Origin: the human T2T-CHM13v2.0 reference genome, Homo sapiens
Reading direction: 5' to 3' (one strand)
DNA: 64,000 nt
Assembly (NCBI RefSeq): GCF_009914755.1
Contig: NC_060925.1
Below the pieces are notes generated by a model. It made no database searches. It had not been told where the DNA came from and worked only from the letters and a program-made list of their open reading frames with translations. The translations under genes and the position numbers were made by a program. This document shows, piece after piece, positions 60,936-64,000 of this stretch. The first letter of the stretch is position 1. Each line of letters begins with the position of its first letter.

Positions 60936-63460
60936 CCATACCACCTTTTTTTGTGTGTGTGGGTATTTTAGCCACTTCAGAGGCTTGTTACCCATAATTT
61001 AGAGTTCCCCTTCGGATTTGACCAAGTCAGGATGTGTGTTGGACCCAAAATGTGCTGCTTGCAGACCTAGCTTTTCAGGGCCGTTACACCCTGAACCAGT
61101 TTGGTCCACCTGTGTTGCAGCTACCTGGCACAGTGTGCCAGGGGCTCAAGGTGCGGGCGGAGCCAGCTCCTTATATTGCACCTGCTGGCTGAGATTAGGC
61201 CCTAAGAATGTTCTCCTGAGGGGAAAACCTATTTAAAGCCGCTGCAGGTCTAGGGAGCGTTCCTCCCAGACACCCTCACGTGATTCTCAGTCACCTGAGA
61301 ATGCCCCTAAAGGCTCAGGGGAGCAAGGTGCTCTTATTTCTTCAGAGTGGAAGATTCCACACTCATGAGGTATAGGGTTTGGAGTTGGTCAAATCTGGTA
61401 AGGAAAGGACCGAAACACACACACACACAAAACCCAACAAGACAGAAACAAACAACAAAATACTTAAGCAAAACTAACAATGATCACACAAATTAAATGA
61501 TTTCTGAATGCTCTAAGTGTAAGCAGAAATTAACACCAGCTGGTTGTTAATGCTAACTTTAGTCATTTAAAAATAATTTGCCAGACAGAATCCCAGACCA
61601 GTTTCTTACCTAGTGGTGTGTCTCAGGCTGTAGACTGCTCTCTACAATTCTAGAAGCAGGAAAAAAAAGACTCATCTTCCCTGTTAGAAGCTAGCTCAAA
61701 CTCCATTAAGGAGTTTCCTGCCTTCCATCATCATGGAAGCAGGAAAACTTGCCTTCCTTGTTGGAAGCAAGTAAAATTCCAAAGAAAAGAGGAGTTGTAC
61801 AGGAAAATAAATTTTAGATCTCAACCAAATTTTTGGAAATCAGGGATTCTCTGCAGGGGGTGCTCTCAGACCTCAGCAAATTGTCCTGTTGGTTTGAGCC
61901 GTAAAGTTAGCTCATGCTGGTACCAAGCACCAATAGGACATTTGTCAAAGGTCAGGGGCATCTTCACCCAGAATCCCTTCATGGTTACCAAAATGTAAAC
62001 CCAGAAAATCTGAGACAGGTCTCAGTTAATTTAGAAAGTCTATTTTGCCAAGGTTGAGGGCGTGTGTCTGTGACATAGCCTCAGGAAGCCCTGATGACAT
62101 GTGCCCCAGGTGGTTGGGGCACGGCTTAGTTTTATACATTTTAGGGAGACACGAGACGTCAATCAATATATGTAAGTGGTACATTGGTTCCATCCAGAAA
62201 GGTGGGGACAACTCAAAGCAGGGGGGAGGGGGTTGGGCTTCCAGGTCACAGGTAAGTGAGAGACAGATGGTTTCCTTCTTTTGAATTTCTGATAGGCCTT
62301 TCCAAAGGAGGCAATCAGAATATGCATCTATTTCAATGAGCAGAGGGATGGCTTTGAATAGAATGGGAGGTAGGTTTGTCCTGAGCAGTTTCCAGTTTGA
62401 ATTTTCTTTTTAGCTTACTGATTTTGGGGGCTCAAGATATTTTCCTTTCACAAACTCATATAACCTACTCTCCAGCCTCAGTGCCTTGCTGATCCTCTGA
62501 GACCTCCCTGAATACGAACTTCAGTTCTGACTCCAGGTACTTCTACCTGAACTCTCTCTGTTTTAAGACAGGGCATTCTGTTTTTCTGGGTTCTGTCTCT
62601 CAGTCAAAACAAAGAGGAATTTTTTAAAGTTCCTTGAGGGCATTAGGCATTTACCTATCAAGCAAACTCTTCTTTTTTTCTTCCAATTCTCAGTAAATGA
62701 CAGGAATCAGTGCACAGTTGTGAGTGCCTACTTTGTGTCAGGCTCTGTGCAAGCACTAAATATAAAATTTTGCATAAGACATAGTCTCTGCTCTCAGGCA
62801 ACTTATAATTTAGCAGCAAAGACTAACATCTAAATGAACAACTGGAGTTGTGTGTTAAGTCCTGATCGAGGAAAGCATTGTACCCTGTGGGAACAAAAAT
62901 TTAAAATATGTGCATTTAAATTAGCCTGTGGGAGGTAGAGAAATGTCAGTCAGGATAAACCAAATCCTAGTGGCTTAATACACGCTTATTTCTTACTTAC
63001 CCTTCATGTCGGATGTGATCAACAGGGGCCCTGCTATTCGTAGTCTTTTAGAGACCTAGGCCGACGGAGGCTTTAACTTGGCACCTGCTCTGAGTCTAGA
63101 CAACTGTGGTGGTCAGATACAGTGACTTACTCACTGGCTTTTAAAACTTCTGCCTGGAAAATGTGTGTAATTTCTACTTGTGTTTAATTGGCCAAACAAC
63201 TCAGGAGACCACATTTAAGTTAAAGAGTGTCATGAAGTTTTCCCAATGGGAAAACAATCAGAAATCTTTGGTGACCATCACCACAGGGATTATCAGATGT
63301 GACTTCAAATCTGATTTGAAGGCTAAGGGAGTTGGGGGAAAAGCAAGAGGCAGAGGGGACAGCATGTATTAAAGTGTGAAAATATAAAAGTGAATGTGGT
63401 GCTTTTTGGCAATTAGTATTTATAAATTTATGTAACACTGATCTGTTTCAAGTGCTCTAA

Positions 63461-63756
<296 letters not shown>

Positions 63757-63789
63757 CAAGTGCTCTAGAAATATTGACTTCATTCTCAT

Positions 63790-64000
63790 TGTAGCAGGAC
63801 GAGCCACAGACAAGAACCCCTCAGGCACCGAGTTGTGGAAGGAAAGGGCTTTATTCAGCTGGGAGCATCGGCGGACTCACATCTCCAAAAACCGAGCTCC
63901 CTGAGTGAGCAATTCCTATCCCTTTTAAGGGTTTATGATTCTAAGGGGGTCCGTGTGAGAGGGTCATGATCGATTGAGCAAGCAGGGGATATGTGACTGG
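63790..64000 (-). mobile_element. LTR (probably LTR22/HML-5) running off the window
   Basis: Starts tgtagcaggacgagcc.cagacaa..cctcag.caccgagtt; inverted AATAAA (tttatt) near 63851. Confidence 0.6.

Overview
Human-type genomic DNA from the glutathione S-transferase mu cluster (1p13.3 by established knowledge). It holds three intact 8-exon, 218-aa genes on the + strand: GSTM4 (CDS 6828-11699), GSTM2 (18562-25326) and GSTM5 (44355-49468). GSTM1, normally between GSTM2 and GSTM5, is absent, so this looks like the GSTM1-null haplotype. The rest consists of an RPL7 processed pseudogene, duplicated flanking blocks, many Alus, L1/MaLR/DNA-transposon fragments, a ~7 kb HERV-K(HML-8/MER11) provirus nested in an LTR10-like solo LTR, and a composite MER4/HML-6/HERV-H nest. 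The most unusual structures are an exon 5 / inverted exon 5 / pseudo-exon 5 foldback in GSTM5 intron 5 and a ghost copy of exon 2, still flanked by AG/GT, in intron 5 of all three genes. Also notable are reciprocal gain and loss of alternative terminal-exon acceptors in the duplicated blocks and a tandem ETS-CRE duplication in the GSTM4 promoter. Repeat family names come from recalled consensus sequences and need RepeatMasker/Dfam confirmation. Most ORFs in the supplied track are spurious.
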